NCBI RefSeq assembly: GCF_018977255.1
Contig: NW_024704743.1
Location: forward strand, 28,954,001 to 29,018,000
Source: Callorhinchus milii
Taxonomy: Eukaryota
Length of the DNA stretch: 64,000 nt
Reading direction: 5' to 3'
In this document: in pieces, positions 24,770-38,410 of the stretch
Layout of the letters: each line of letters opens with the position of its first letter
Numbering within the stretch: position 1 is the stretch's first letter
The notes under the pieces: model-generated
What the model was told of the DNA's origin: nothing
Seen by the model: only the letters and a program-made list of their open reading frames with translations
Databases searched by the model: none
Translations under genes and position numbers: made by a program

Positions 24770-25200
24770 AATCTTAGCATTTGACATCACCTTATTACAT
24801 CTTCAAAACACCTCAAAGTGCTTTACAGGACTTTTGTAAATGTAGCGATTGCATATTTGTAGGTGAATGTGGCGGCCAATTTGCACACAGCATTGTCCCA
24901 CAAACAGCCATGAAGTGAACGACCAATTTGATCTGGACAATTTTTGACGAGGACACTGGGAAAAACTCCCTTCTCTTTGCGAATAGTGCTAAGGATGTTT
25001 AACATCCACCTGAATAGGCAGATTGGACCTCAGTTTCTCTCACATAACACATTAAAGGATGGTGCCCTCACCGATGCAGTGCACCCCTAATACTGCACTG
25101 GAGTGTCAACCAAGACTATAAGCTCAAAGTCCGAACATGAAGCTTGAACTCACAAGCTTCTGACTCAGAAGTGGGAGTGCTGCCAACCGAGACAGGCTGA
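24770..25200 (-). mobile_element. Near full-length Deu-type SINE
   Basis: Reverse complement starts tcagcctgtctcggttggcagcactc and runs to the tail. Confidence 0.85.
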
Positions 25201-26429
25201 GAACAAAAATGGTAAAGTGGTATCCAGTCTCTATGATATGCAGCATCACATTGCACCATGACACTTTTATTCTTTAAAGTGAGGGTATTTCAGAGGGTTT
25301 TCTTCCATTAGAAAACGAGTCACAAACAATGGTTATTATATCTGAGTTTATGCCATGTCGGAGTATTACAGAGGATGCTGTATCCTAATATTTACTGTTA
25401 GTAATCACATCAAATGCATTTTTCCCGAATTGAAATCCAGCAGTTTCCAGGATATCTTGATCAGGGTCAGCAAGTTCAGGCAAATGCTAAAGGAGTGGTG
25501 CTTGTGAAATGCTTCTGAGTCTTTAAACAACCTTAATACCATTGCTGCAGCCATTTTCCTAATAGGAGTGAGTATTCCCTGACCTTTACATCCCATTAAG
25601 GCAAATTAGTACCTTATTAGTTTCAAAACATGTAGCAGATAAAGGCTTCAGATAATGGGTTGTGTTTTAATTTCCGTGGAAAGTCCATTTTAATTTGATT
25701 TGTTTTTAAAGTCTGTTACAATCAAACAACATGTTTCCTAAGTTACTATCTGCAGCCACAGTGCAGAATGACTATCACTCTTTGCTTTGCAACTGCTAGC
25801 TTTAATTGGTTTGCAAGAGCAATTTGCTTACAACAACAGTGCAAGTATGTATTGCTCCAAGTCCTTTTATATAGATGGATAGATTTTTCTGGCAGGATTT
25901 TGATCCCAAATTGATAAACATACACTCATAGTCTGTAATAGAACTATCAATGTGAGCTCCCTTAATGGCTCAGTGGGTAAATGCTCCACCTGATGTGGCA
26001 CTGAATATACAGACCAAGGAGGTCTCATGTTTGATCCTTGACTTCACTGTTCGCTGTTAGAGCAGCAGCCAGGCTCTTCAGAAATAATTATTATTACAGG
26101 TGTTTCATCATTTGCAGCTATATTTTTATTGTAGCTATTGAAAGCTCGTTTCTCACTTTCAAAATTTTCACCATTTTTTCTTTGTGCGTTTGCCAGAGGC
26201 ATGCTCACCACTAGAGAGCCCGGAAATGAAGAAGTGGTTGAATAGCTCTGTGTTTGGAAATGTGGAAGGAAAGTCAGAGGCGGTGGGTAGGGAAAAAGGG
26301 TACCGGACAGTGAGCTCCTCCACTGTGACACCTCATTCTGTCAATATCAATAATACAAAGGTCTCAGTGCCAAGCAAGAGATCACGGTGCCATATTGCAC
26401 ATGCCTGAACATATGAGTGAACAGATTTA

Positions 26430-26560
26430 TAGAACCATAGAATTAGATAGCACAGAAGGAGGCCATTCAGCCCATCGTGTCTATGCTGGCTCTTTGAAAA
26501 GAGCTATCCAATTCAATCTCCTCTCTCCCCATAGCCTCTCCCCACTCTCTCCCCACTCTT
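26430..26560 (-). mobile_element. CR1 3' tail
   Basis: cacagaaggaggccattcagcccatcgtgtct..aagagctatcc. Confidence 0.75.
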
Positions 26561-26839
26561 GGGGTATGTATCATGCATATCGCTTTGTGCAATGTATCTG
26601 ATCACAAAAGCCACGAACAAAGCCATCTCATATCGAAGAACATTACCCTCTCTCCCGCACCCCCCCACCTCAACTGCCATTATTTTGGTAGCAGTGATAC
26701 AGAAACTTTTATGTGCACAAGCTGTGTATCAGTGACATTGCATCTCCTTCACGATGCATCATTGATTCTGTATATGTGTGGGACACCATCATTCCACATC
26801 ATTCCATGCTGCTTTTACTGTGAGCACCCCCTTTCAGCA

Positions 26840-26955
26840 AAAGGGAGATGCTGACAGTCTAAGGCCTCCTTTAACTTTGCCTTCACATTCCCCCCACCCA
26901 TGGAAATGTGGAGGCAAAGTCAAAGGAGGCCTTAGACTGACAACATCTCCCCTTT
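26840..26955. repeat. Long imperfect palindrome (~50-bp arms)
   Basis: gggagatgctgacagtctaaggcctcctttaactttgccttcacatt versus its inverse after a short loop; 4 mismatches in 47 bp. Confidence 0.9.
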
Positions 26956-27067
26956 GGCATAGCAGTCTGTGTCAAATGTAAACAATACAAAAGCAGACAC
27001 TCATGCAGTTTCATTGGTATTTCATCAAGACTGGAAGTCTATCTCATGCTGATCACTAATAATAGCT

Positions 27068-27170
27068 TTTTTTTGGTCAGCTGGGTGTCTGACACATGTG
27101 GAAACCCATCACCGTGCTTAAGAGTATCCAAACCAGACTGAGAATTCCAATGTATGCCACCTGCACAGGG
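27068..27170 (-). repeat. Family X 3' end
   Basis: ttttggtcagctgggtgtctgacacatgtggaaacccatcaccgtgcttaagagtatcc. Confidence 0.8.
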
Positions 27171-28176
27171 ATATTACCCTGCAACATAGCAGATTAATGC
27201 TCAGTGACAGAACGATGAATAAAAGTAAATTCTATCCCCATTCCACTCAGTTTTCAATCGGAGCTGCACAGAACAGAGACTGTAGCATTTCCTGTGAATG
27301 ATGGGAAGGGTGAGGGAACTGGAGAGGAGCATCATATCTGGTGCTTACTGGAGGCCAGCTACAGGGTCAATAACAGTAAACTGGGAACACACTGTTGCCT
27401 GCCATCTCCTAAGCAGTGAGGTCTAGACCAGGACTTCACTAAATAAAGAAACATTGTTTCACTGGTTGTGTTAGTTTATCTTTTTCCAAAGTGCACACTG
27501 TAAAAGAAGAGCTGGGAGTAACGTGATCTGAAACCGGAAACATTGTACAATGATGCTGGAAAAGAGAAGAAGGGAGTTTCTCCCTGTCCCCATGGGCAAC
27601 AATCCTCCTTCTAATTGTTCACTCACCTCATGATTGTGTGGGATTTTGCTGTGCCCAAATTAGCTCTCACATTTTCCTATAAGTACTTATTCACTACACT
27701 TAACAGCAACTCCCTAGGAAGCATTCTAAGACATTTCAAGAGGGCAGGTGCTATGACCAATGCAAGGATTATTAAAAATCTCAAATCTTATTTTTGGAGA
27801 AGGCAACATGGGGGTGGGGCATCAGAGGCTTCCAATGGTGCCCTTCCTGGCTGTCCGGGAATCAAAAACTTTACTAGGACTTTGCCCATTTCTCAATCAG
27901 TTTGAACGTTATTCCCATTAGGAAAACCTTTCTTGTGTTTCGAAACAGCAATGGCTGTGCCTTCCATCCGTGACCCCCAGGCACCGTGACAAACAGTCAT
28001 GCGAGATCCCCAACAGAAGCAGCTTTTTCTGTTTCAGTTAATCCATTCACGAAGAACTGGATAAGCATCTGCATGTGAATAATAATGGAGAACGTATGTA
28101 CAGATTGAAATGAACAAAAATACTCCATAATACTCCAAATACAATGGACCAATTTCTTGTTATTTCTTAACTAGGG

Positions 28177-28580
28177 CTTAGCCTGGCTCGGTTGGTAGCA
28201 CTCTCGCCTTTGAGTCAGAATGTTGTGGATTTAGGCCCACACATTGGGCTTTGAATTCATAGTCCAGGTTGACACTCAATACATTGTTGGAGGTGCTATT
28301 TTTCGTATGAGATGTTAAACTGAGGTCCTCTCTGCGTGTTCAGGTGGATGGTAAAGATCCCCTGGCACTGTTCAAAAAGAAAAGGGAGTTTCCGTTGGTG
28401 TCTTGGCTAACAATCCCCAAGATAAAATTGGTCGGTCCTTTTGATTGCATTTCATTGCTATGTGCAAATTGCCTTTAACGTCACCTAAAAAATACACAGT
28501 CACTATACTTTAGAAAGTGTGAAGTACTTTAAGGCATTCTCTGAACATGAAAGATGACATATCAAATACAAGGGATATTC
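28177..28580 (+). mobile_element. Full-length Deu-type tRNA SINE (SacSINE1-like)
   Basis: tRNA-like head, central tgagatgttaaactgaggtcct..caggtggatggtaaagatccc..ggagtt..gtgtcttggc, L2-type tail; family name from recall. Confidence 0.85.
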
Positions 28581-28887
28581 GTTTATTATTTATTTAATAG
28601 TTGTGCTCTTAATCAAGAAACCTGGAAGTCAAGAACTCATGGAAACTGAAACTCCAATATTGATCTAATTTTAGAGCAGGTTTCTCTTGAGTGATGTGTT
28701 TACTTGAATTCCATGATCAAATGATTTCTGTGCTGTGTGGGTGAGGGAACAGTGAGGGGGAGCGGGAGTGGGGGCTGTGAAAAGGAGTCCAAGTTGTACA
28801 GTGGGGATGTGAGGATGGATGCATATTTTGAATATTTTCCTTAAATAAATTTGGGATCCAGGGAACATTTATGCAGAACTTTCTTAA

Positions 28888-29206
28888 GTGGAGTCCTGTA
28901 GCTCAGTGGTTAGAGCACTTACTTTGCAAGTGAGAGACCTGGGTTCAATTACTATCAGGGTGAAACCATAGGCAAGTTTCCTTACTCCACACGCGTGATA
29001 ATAAACCCTCAAGAAAAAAAGCAATAATAAATTGGTCACTTCAATCCACGACTGTTTGGGGGGCACTGTTGTGCACAATTGGCTGCCGCATTTCGCCCAC
29101 AATATACAGTCAATTCATTTTACAGTCTATTCTGTGAAGTGTTTTGGGACGTCTAGAAGATGTGAAAAGTGCTATATCAAATGCAAGGATTATTATTATT
29201 ATTATT
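28888..29206 (+). mobile_element. Full-length tRNA-Ala SINE
   Basis: gtggagtcctgtagctcagtggttagagc...tgcaaggattattatt. Confidence 0.95.
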
Positions 29207-30044
29207 TGTTGAACTGGAGAGATCCATGATGGGATAGGTTTTACAGCACTTTGAGTTGCAATCCTATATGAAGGGACTGTATAAATACAAATTGTTGTTG
29301 TTTTAGTTAGGCCAAATGACCCTTTGTAGTCTAGGCTTTCATATCTTCTTATAACTTAGGTGGAAGGTATAAAAGACGATATTGTTAACCGTTTAAATAT
29401 GAGCTGTCTTGTTTAAAACATCAAAGTGCATTTAACAATTGTATAATCTCTCCAGGACTAAAAAGGTTAAATTCCATTGGCCAGAAATCCCAAGATCAGT
29501 AAGTTTATTGACCAGTGAAAATATGTGCTGTAGTGTCTCCATTATTATTGCTGAACATTGTCACATGGAATCAGATAAATACATAGAATGAGAAAGAAAG
29601 CTTTTAATTCACAAAACTGTTTCAGTGAGCTACAAAGAAAATAAAAGCCGCCTCTTGTTTTTCTTTTTTTTAGTGCAAGAAGCTAACAAAGTCCTTGCAG
29701 GGTTAAATATTAGTAACCCATGGATCTCACTTTCTGCATACACAGCAGCTCTCCCTCTGTGAAGAGGGGATTTAATTTCACACACACTGCATGATTCCTG
29801 CTGAAAAAGGAAGAGTTCAAAAGTAAGATATTGTACCTTGTTCAAGCAATTTTGTATGTGGTCTTTCGAATGTCAAAAGCTATAAACCAAAAAAATTGAA
29901 GTAGATAGCCACAAACTTTAGGCTAGCAATTAGTAGTGGTGAGCCACAAGGTATTAATGCAATTCAAGAGTCCCGATGTCTTACTTAAACATGACACTGA
30001 AACAACGTGGGTGGGTAGAAACAGGAGTACTGGAATATTAGGAG

Positions 30045-30262
30045 TACTTGGGAAGTAAGGGTATTAAAGAGGATTGGGGAAAAGGAGGTGACGTGAGATT
30101 GAAAAGATCTGCCAGGATCTAGACCCAGAGAACTATAGAAATTTACAGCATACAGGTCTTTCAGCCCATCGTGTCTGTGACGGCTCCTTCAAGAGCGACC
30201 TAATAAAGTGAGTGAAGAGACTAAACAGGCGAAATGGCCTCCTCCTATTTCTATGTTTCTAT
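30045..30262. mobile_element. CR1 3' tails (sense copy with an antisense tail inside)
   Basis: aagggtattaaag..ggcgaaatggcctcctcctatttctatg flanks an inverted tagaaatttacagcat..cagcccatcg. Confidence 0.6.
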
Positions 30263-31784
30263 TGCCTGACAGGTATTATATGAGTTTTATTCCAGCGGAA
30301 TACAAGGAGGAATATTATACAGTACATATTATATCTGCCATAAGGCTCCACCTAATGATTTAGGAATTGCAACATCTGTTTCAATGTCAAATTGCACAGG
30401 GATGTTGCCATGGTTCCTGCTGTTTGAGTTGCTCATTATCCCTCTCAGGTAAAGCAAATGTTGCTCCAGGCCATTTACCTAAACCTTATTATATCTTGGA
30501 CAGGAGCCTGTTTGGTTTCAGCAGCTTGGCGTGTTCGTGGCATTGTTTACGTCTTAAACGATTCTCTGCCACCCTTTCATGTTTGCTGGACAAAAAAAAA
30601 TGTTTTGCTTTCAGGGTTTATCAATCACTTACATCAAGGAATCGTTTTGAAGATAAGTTCAGTAAAATGACAGTGGTATAGTTCCTGTTACTTGATTGAT
30701 GCCTTTGTAAGCATAAGAGCGTTCATTTATCTGGTATGGCATCGTGAAGTCAAGACTTCCTTCCTGTGCAAGATCCACTTCAGCTAACTTCCTACTGCTG
30801 ACGCGACTCTCTGCAACAGGTCTTTGGCTAGTGCGATCCCCTCCTGTGGGTCTGCCTTGGTCTCATGCATAAAAATAGTATGTGTCCCCTGTCTGACAAC
30901 CACAAAGAAAAGAAAACATCCTAACATCCTGTCCTGTTGCCAGCTTTCAAAAGGTACAGCATGTGTGCAATTAAACTTCCCTCTTTCAAACAGAGTTAAC
31001 CTACTGAATTCTCTTCTTTGAGGTCCATTGTTGGCAAATAAACAAGGTCACTTGAGCTTTGTTTTATCTCCTTCAGGCTTACAAGCATTTTCATGTGAGA
31101 TCTCTTGTAGCAAGACATCAGTGTGTAACATTATCTGCTTCCTGTTGCCTTGTTTCGACTCTGATGGATGAAATCCTAGTCTTGTTAGAGTGCCTCTCCC
31201 AAAAATCAGCTCTGTGTGGTGCTAATGGTTTGCTAAGCACTGGTTTAACTTGACAGTTACTGCTTGAAGTGGCATTCCCATGGGAACAGTGAAAACGGCT
31301 ATGAATTATGTTTTTCCCTTAGCAGAGCAGTTTGCTGTTTCTTGTCTAGCAAAGTGCAACCTGCCAGCTAGTTTGGAATTCTGTGTAAGTACCCGTCAGA
31401 CACTGCAAAACCTCCTGTTTGATTTGAATAGCTATCATCCTGCATTGTGGCTCGCATGACGTTTAAACTGCAATTTTTATTGCTACTGGATATTTAAACC
31501 CAACTATTGGGTTTCATTTTTCCATTCATTCTAGTTGTTTGTATCTCTGCATTTCAGAATATCCATAGGGTGACACTAAAATCTTGTAAACCAACTCCGG
31601 GTACAGAACTCAGGGCGCATTTGTCCAGGGTCACAAAACCTCATCCGGGGAATGGCCACGGAAATCTGGGAAGTATGGTCGCCAGAGGATTTTGATGGGC
31701 TGAGGATTTCTTGACTGTGCTCCCCCCTGGTGCCTCTCTGAGAGGAGGGGGGAGGAATTGTGTGATATCATGAGAACTCCTTCA

Positions 31785-31960
31785 GAATCATAGAACCAGA
31801 ACTTTTCAGCATGGTGACCCATCGTGATTGTGCAGGTTCTCTGTAAGAGCTATCTGCTTCGTCCCACTCCCCTGTTTAGTCTTTTCTTCAAACCCTTTTG
31901 TATTTTTACTGTTCAAATACGGTATCTGCCTAATTCCCTTTTGAAAGCTATTATGGATCC
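31785..31960 (-). mobile_element. CR1 3' tail
   Basis: agaatcatagaa..aagagctatc..cccactcccctg..aattcccttttgaaag. Confidence 0.7.
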
Positions 31961-32351
31961 TTAGCAGACGTTAATGCTATTCTCTTAGGAACAACAATGA
32001 TCTATGATTCACTGAGGATTTCTTGTAAATTTTGATTAAAACAACCTGATGTATTAAACTAAATGGTAAAAAGATTTTTTAAAAATTGTTTCAAGCAACG
32101 TTACCCAGTCCCTGACCTCTAGCCTTTCTACCAGACATCCTGCATTCTGCAGTGCTCTGCTAACTCCATCCACTGGCTCAGCACCAGTGAGAACTTTTAA
32201 GTCATCATGACAGTAAAAGAATCACTCCGTAAATCACTTCATGACAGCTACATATGTAATGTAGCAAGTATCATTCTCAGTAGTTTTCTTTAATTGTCCC
32301 CTGAGGGTTAGGGTTACTGTGAGGGGGAATACAGTACTACTATAGTATCAA

Positions 32352-32820
32352 TCAGCCTGGCTCAGTTGGTAGCACTTTCGGCTCTCAGCCAGCAGCTTGT
32401 GGGTTCAAGCCCCATGTCAGGACTTTGAAATCACAATTTGAGCTGACACTTCAGTGCACTGCTAGGGGAGCAATTCATTGTTGGAAATGTCATCCTTCGT
32501 ATGAGACATTAAACTGAGGTCCTGTTCAGGTGGATATTAAAGATCTGTTTATTAAAATGAAATCCCATTTGTCTGTTCAGGTGGAGGTTAAAGATCCCAT
32601 GGCCTTATTTGTAAAGAGAAAAGAGTTTCTCCTGATGTCCTGGCCAACAAACCCTCTAAATAAAATCTGTCACTCACTTCATGGCTGCATGTGGGACAAT
32701 GCTGTGCATAAATTTGCTGCTACATTTGCCTAGAAATGGATTTCACAGTAAAATCCTATGAAGTGTCTTGAGATGTCTCAACAACCTGATAAGGTACTGT
32801 AACACGTGCAAGGATTATAA
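32352..32820 (+). mobile_element. Full-length Deu-type SINE with a short internal duplication
   Basis: tcagcctggctcagttggtagcac head; ctgttcaggtgga..taaagatc occurs twice. Confidence 0.85.
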
Positions 32821-32943
32821 TACTAAGCTCTGAGCCAAGGAATGGAAGAAAGTAGGTTTGCAACTTCATGTATCCACTCAGGGGGACTGTGATGGCTAGA
32901 TGTTTCATTGTTTGATATCAACTACATGTGTCAGCATTCAGGT

Positions 32944-33295
32944 ATCAGCCTGGCTCAGTTAGTAGCATTTTCGCCTGAGTCAAAAGTTTGTGGACTGAGG
33001 TTGGACTTTGAGCTCACAGTCTGGGCTGGCATTCCAGCGTTAAAGATCCTATTCAAAATTGTCCTCCCAATGCGCTGGCCATCAATACCCAAACATAAAT
33101 TGGTCATTCACTTCATAGCTATTTGTGGGACATTGTTTGATCAAATTGGCTACTGCATTCGCCCACAAAATAAAGAGTCCCTCCACTTTACAGTATACCT
33201 ACAAAACAGATAGTCACTGTACTTTACAGTATCCTGTGAAGCATTGTGAAACATCTTCCTGATGTGAAAGGCGTTATATCACATGCAAGAATTTT
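32944..33295 (+). mobile_element. Internally deleted Deu-type SINE
   Basis: Same head and tail with a shortened middle. Confidence 0.75.
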
Positions 33296-33601
33296 TATAA
33301 TTATTTAACAAAAAAATTTAACTTCTGGCATCATTAGTGTTGTATTTCGCTTAGCATTAGATGGAAACAATTTGCCATAACTGTAACAGTAAAAAAATAA
33401 CTTCCAGCCTTTTAGATCGACTTGTTCACTCATTGTAATAACCTTACTGAGCAGTTAAGAGGTGGAATAGCATGGGTGGTTGATATTAATGGCAACAGAT
33501 GTTTAGAACAAAATGTGGGTATAGTTTATGTTCCAACACAAGTCGTAAATCTATTAAAATAGGGTTGTTTGCAAAGGGGAGGAAACAAATAGATTGTAAG
33601 C

Positions 33602-33792
33602 AGGCCCAAAATTCAACTTGTCAGTCTGCAAAACCATTTCTGTCTTAAAATAAAGCCAGAAGCTTGCTTTCTGTATTTCGTAAAAAAGACAACTTCTAAA
33701 TTAAGCCTGAAGTTGAGAACACAATTCAGCACAATCTTAAGTTTTAAGATAAAATGGTCTAACAAGCTAAGATTGGGTGAGGTTTCAGGCCT
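33602..33792. mobile_element. Degenerate MITE (AGGCC-type ends)
   Basis: aggcccaaaatt...accatttctgtcttaaaa at left versus ttttaagataaaatggt...tttcaggcct at right. Confidence 0.5.
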
Positions 33793-33879
33793 GGGTAGTG
33801 CTTGTCCTGCAACACATGCAAACGTTAACCAAATGTAGATGATGTTGTCAGTGCCTGAGGTGAGAAGCCAAGCAGGAGA

Positions 33880-34210
33880 GCCTCTGTCTTGATGTCATTC
33901 AAATGGAGAAAGTTGGCTCTCATCCGGGACTAGTAGTCCTATACTTGAGGCTAGAGGCAGGGAGATAAAGAGGGGTGTCATCTGCATTCCTGTGGAAGTT
34001 AACCCCATGTCCTCGGGTGACATTGTTGAGTGGGAGAGTATAGAGGACTGAGTTACAGCCCTGAAGAACACCATGCGTGATGGTGTACGGTGGGAGTAGA
34101 AGCCGTTGGCAGATATAAAGTGTTGGGATAGGTAAGCCAGGTAAGGAAACAACTGTGAAGTTGGAGCTAAGAGGAAAGGCGGTCAGAAAGGAGTAAAGGA
34201 GTTTACTCAA
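33880..34210 (-). mobile_element. L2 RT-domain fragment
   Basis: Minus ORF THGVLQG..LYTLPL..HGVNFHRNADDTPLY (decayed YADD). Confidence 0.85.
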
Positions 34211-34464
34211 CAGAGTAAACCTACATATATAAACTTACAGTCACAAGACTTGATATCAGTCACATAACAGCAAACCTGTGGGGATCCATTTACATTGAGG
34301 TGATTAATTGCTGAATGGTTCTGTGTAAAGGAAAAATACAAGTGGTGAGGAGAAGCACTTTTGAAAAGTATTGACAAAACAGCATGCCATTAATAAAAGT
34401 TTATTGCTAGTAATTCTTAGTGTCAATACTACTCAATCATTCACCTCAGTGAAATATATTACAT

Positions 34465-34785
34465 ATAATCCTCGCATTTGATATAGCGCCTTATCACATC
34501 TTTGAGACCCCTCAAAGCGCTTCACAGAATATACTGTAAAGCGAATTGACTGCATATTTTGTGGGCGAAATGGCATTTAAAACCAATTACTGAAAGTAAT
34601 AAAAAATAATTTGGTCACTCAATCTACGACTGTTTGTGGGGCAGTGCTGTGCCCAAATGGCTGCCACATTTCGCCCACAAAATACAGTCAATACATTTTA
34701 CAGTATATTCTGTGAAGCGCTTTGAGAAGTCTCCACAACATGATAAGGCACTATATTAAATGCAAGGATTATTATTTATTATTAT
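34465..34785. mobile_element. Two SINE 3' parts in inverted orientation
   Basis: 34465-34570 (-) and 34600-34785 (+) carry the same SINE tail. Confidence 0.85.
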
Positions 34786-35974
34786 TCCAAAATATTTAAT
34801 AATAATAATCCTTGGTTATTATTTTTTGCATTTAATACACATCCTGACATTGTGGGGTGCATCACGTACTGCAATTGAATCACTCGCTCAATGTATTCAG
34901 TGAGAAGACTGGTGCTTATCCCACCAACTGATTATGGTGCTCCAAAGGAAGAAAGTCTAATGGGAAATGCAATGGAATACTGTTTTTATGGAGAATCTAG
35001 CCTTATCATTTCTGGACATAGTAATATAAAATGTTTTGGGTAAGGAATTAGCATTAAACCGGAAATAACATATGTGGGAGTCAATGTGAGATCATAATGA
35101 TGAAGGGGTCAGATATCATTACAAACTGCAAGACTTGAGCGTGATAGTTAAAACCATCATCAGAATCCCAAGATTGTGAACTTGTTCTCCACTGGCTGCT
35201 ATGCTTCATAGTATATGCCTTAATTACTCACTTCTGTCTTTTGTTATTCCTTTTTAGGATCTATTCCACTGTCCTAATCTCCCAGTAGTTTTGCTTGCAA
35301 CATGTCACGGCAAAATAATCCTTTTATTATGTCACTCATTGCCTAATGTTACTCTGCAGTGAGCACATCTCAATAGCATTCCACAGGCTTTATTTAATAT
35401 CTCATTATAATATTTGGGCTGCTACCATGCTATCGAGCATGAGGCTCCCATCATGTAAATGTTAAAGAATGCATAACAGGTATCTCAAGATTCAGCTAAT
35501 ATTTCAAAAAATGTCTGCCTCTAAATACATAGTCACTACACTAAACAGAAAATCCTGTGAAGCACTTTTAGATGTCTCAACAACATAATAAGGTGCTATA
35601 AATAAGGCAAGTGATAAGGTACTGTATCAATGCAATATTAAATCATAATAATACTTGCAATAAGTCTTATCTCAATAATAAGTCTTATCTTATTACAATG
35701 TCTCCAAGCATTTCATGAAATGAATTACCATCACATTTGTGCCCATCATATAAGCAAACCCAACAGCTAATCTAGGTCAGCATTTCTCCACAAATAGCAA
35801 CAAAACAAATAACCATTCCAGTTCTGATAAATTTCATGGAGGATGGAATGTGGATTGGGACACGCAGAGAACTCCCAGTTCTTCGAAATAGTGCCATGGA
35901 ATCTTTACCAACCACCAAACCACCAGAACAGGACTTTGGTCAATGTTCATTCTGAAGAACTGCAATAAACCATG

Positions 35975-36300
35975 ACATAGATTCATATAAATTATACAGC
36001 ACGGAAACAGGCCATTCAGCTCAACTGGCCAATGCCCGTGTTTATACATCCACTCCTTACTCCCTTCCACACCCTTCTGTCCCCTTCTCCCTTGTGTGTA
36101 TATCTAGCTTCTTCTTGAAATGCATCTACACTATTTGATTCAACCAGGGCTTTGGGAGGCAAGTTCCACACTCTCATTAGCCTCTGCATGAAGTAGTTCC
36201 TCCTAAGTTCTCTTTTAGATCACCTAGTCATTATCTTGGTCCCCTGGTTACAGACTGCTCAACAAGTAGGAACAGCCTATTTACATTAACCTTATCAAAC
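35975..36300 (-). mobile_element. CR1 3' fragment
   Basis: tacagcacggaaacaggccattcagc..ccctggttacagact. Confidence 0.8.
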
Positions 36301-37410
36301 TGTTTTACATCAAATTTGATGTAAATGCAAGCTGTATTATTTACTTGCACACCACATATAATTCGACGTGTAGTTATTATGGTAACAGCAGAAGCTATCA
36401 GCGTACTATGGGTGACAGGATATTTCCTTTCCATTTTACTGCCTAGACTATGATAAGTTTCCTCAAGTGATAAATAATAACTAATAATCTACTCAATTGT
36501 ATTCTTGCTTCACTTCCATCTGCTTCACACAATATTGCAGATCAAATACAATTACTTTTTATAGTAATTACTTTTTATAACACGCGAAGAATATAGAGTT
36601 AGAGAGAGGAAGGGAATAGAGGGGTTTAAGTGAGGGGAAAAGGAGGGGTGGAGGCTTGAGTAGAATATAAACACCAGCAGAGACTATTTGGGTCTAATGA
36701 CCTGTTTCTGTGCTGTAACGTTCTGTGTAATTATTGCAAAGATCCTTGAATATTATATTATGGGTACTATAGCAACTGCAAAATATCAAAATACAAGAAT
36801 TATTATAATTGTTACCACTTTTGAACAGCAAGTTTAAATTTAATTGCAGTATGTTTAATACCCTGTTGTACATTTCTATTTCTTTAACAAGCGTTTAAAC
36901 AGTCTGTATCCGATACCATGCCAATGTGGCACAGAGGCAGTTCAAAACAGTAATTTATTTGCTGTCTGGGTGATGCAACTGTATTGCACAACACTGGGTT
37001 CAGGGGTGGAGTGCTTATGGTGCATAATATAATTTATTTTTTAAAAAATCAATTTCAGTCACATTAAACTTGCTTGCACCTAATCCCACCTGACAGAATG
37101 TCCCAAAAAGCTGTGGTGCCTTTTTTATTTATTTTTAATGATGACCTTTGTCCCTTCATTCCAAGGATGAAATTACCCATTGCTTTATGAGGCTATTTAC
37201 TCGCCTTAATCCCCCGCTTAAATTCCACCTGAATGATACCGGAAATGTGTTCAAATCAGTTGATCAATATTAATTTGGTGCTTCAAGATGGTGTTTGCAT
37301 CAGCTAACAATTACAGAGGCAGCGGCTAATTTATAAACATAACACAAGAATCAGCAACGATCCTGACACATTATTCAGGGTACGTCAGCCCTCACTTGTA
37401 AACAGTCTGT

Positions 37411-37656
37411 ATAATAATAATAATAATCCTTGCATTTGATATAGCGCTTTTCACGTCTTCTAGACGTCTCAAAGCGCTTCACAGAATATGCTGTAAAGTG
37501 AATTGACCAATATTTGTGGGCAAAACGCAGCAGCCAATTTTGCACAGCAGTGTCCCACAAACAGTCGTGGATTGAAAATGACCAATTTATTATTGTTTTG
37601 GAGGGATTACTATTAGGCGTGTGGAGTAAGTAAACTTGCCCAAGGTTTCGTCCTGC
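37411..37656 (-). mobile_element. tRNA-Ala SINE missing most of the head
   Basis: Close match to 54270-54523. Confidence 0.9.
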
Positions 37657-37859
37657 CTTGTGTGGTGCACATCCACAGATATGAAGAGACAGCAAAGGAC
37701 CATGTTGTAAGGAGGCACATGACTGCCTTGGCATTACTTCCTTGAGTCTAGTTACAGTTGATGAGGCATCTTGCGATGTCCTCCTGGCATGAAAAATGCC
37801 ATATAAATTGTATTATATTAAGACTGTGATTAATTATTAAAAGTAGCTTCTCCCAAAAA

Positions 37860-38410
37860 TAAAATATATCCACCCATCCACCCATCCTCAATCCCTCTGA
37901 TCTGACAAATTACCAGCCCATTTCTATCTTGCCTTTCCTTGCAAAAATTCAGTTTATTGTTGAAAGTCAATTTCATTTACACCTCTCCCTCCACTCCATA
38001 ATCGAGTCCAGTTTCGCCCTGTCCACAGCCCAGAGACAAAGTCGCAAATGACGTCCTCTCCCTTTGTTACCAGGGCCTCCTCCCCGACTCCTAGCTCAGG
38101 TCCAAAACTGTCTGTCGAGCACCTTAGGATGTCCTCCTGGTGTGAAAGGCGCTATACAAATGTAACTTTATTGTTGTTGTGGTTGCGGATGATGTCACCA
38201 AGAGGGAGCATATAGATACTGAAGAGGAGGGGACCAAGGACAAAGCCTGGTCTCCTCCTTTTAAACTGGAAGTCGTAATTTTACATTTATATTATATCTT
38301 TCACGTCGGGATATTGCCTCAAAGAGCTTCCCGCAGCTGACTGGAAGCCCAAGCTCGGGGATGGGGGCTGGAGAGTGGAAGGAAGGTGACCGAAAGTGCA
38401 TTGAAAAGAC
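37860..38410. mobile_element. Cluster of L2 fragments in both orientations
   Basis: aattaccagcccatttct..cctttccttgcaaaaatt (NYxPISxLPFLAK), sense L2 tail at ~38110-38180, then antisense pieces. Confidence 0.7.
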
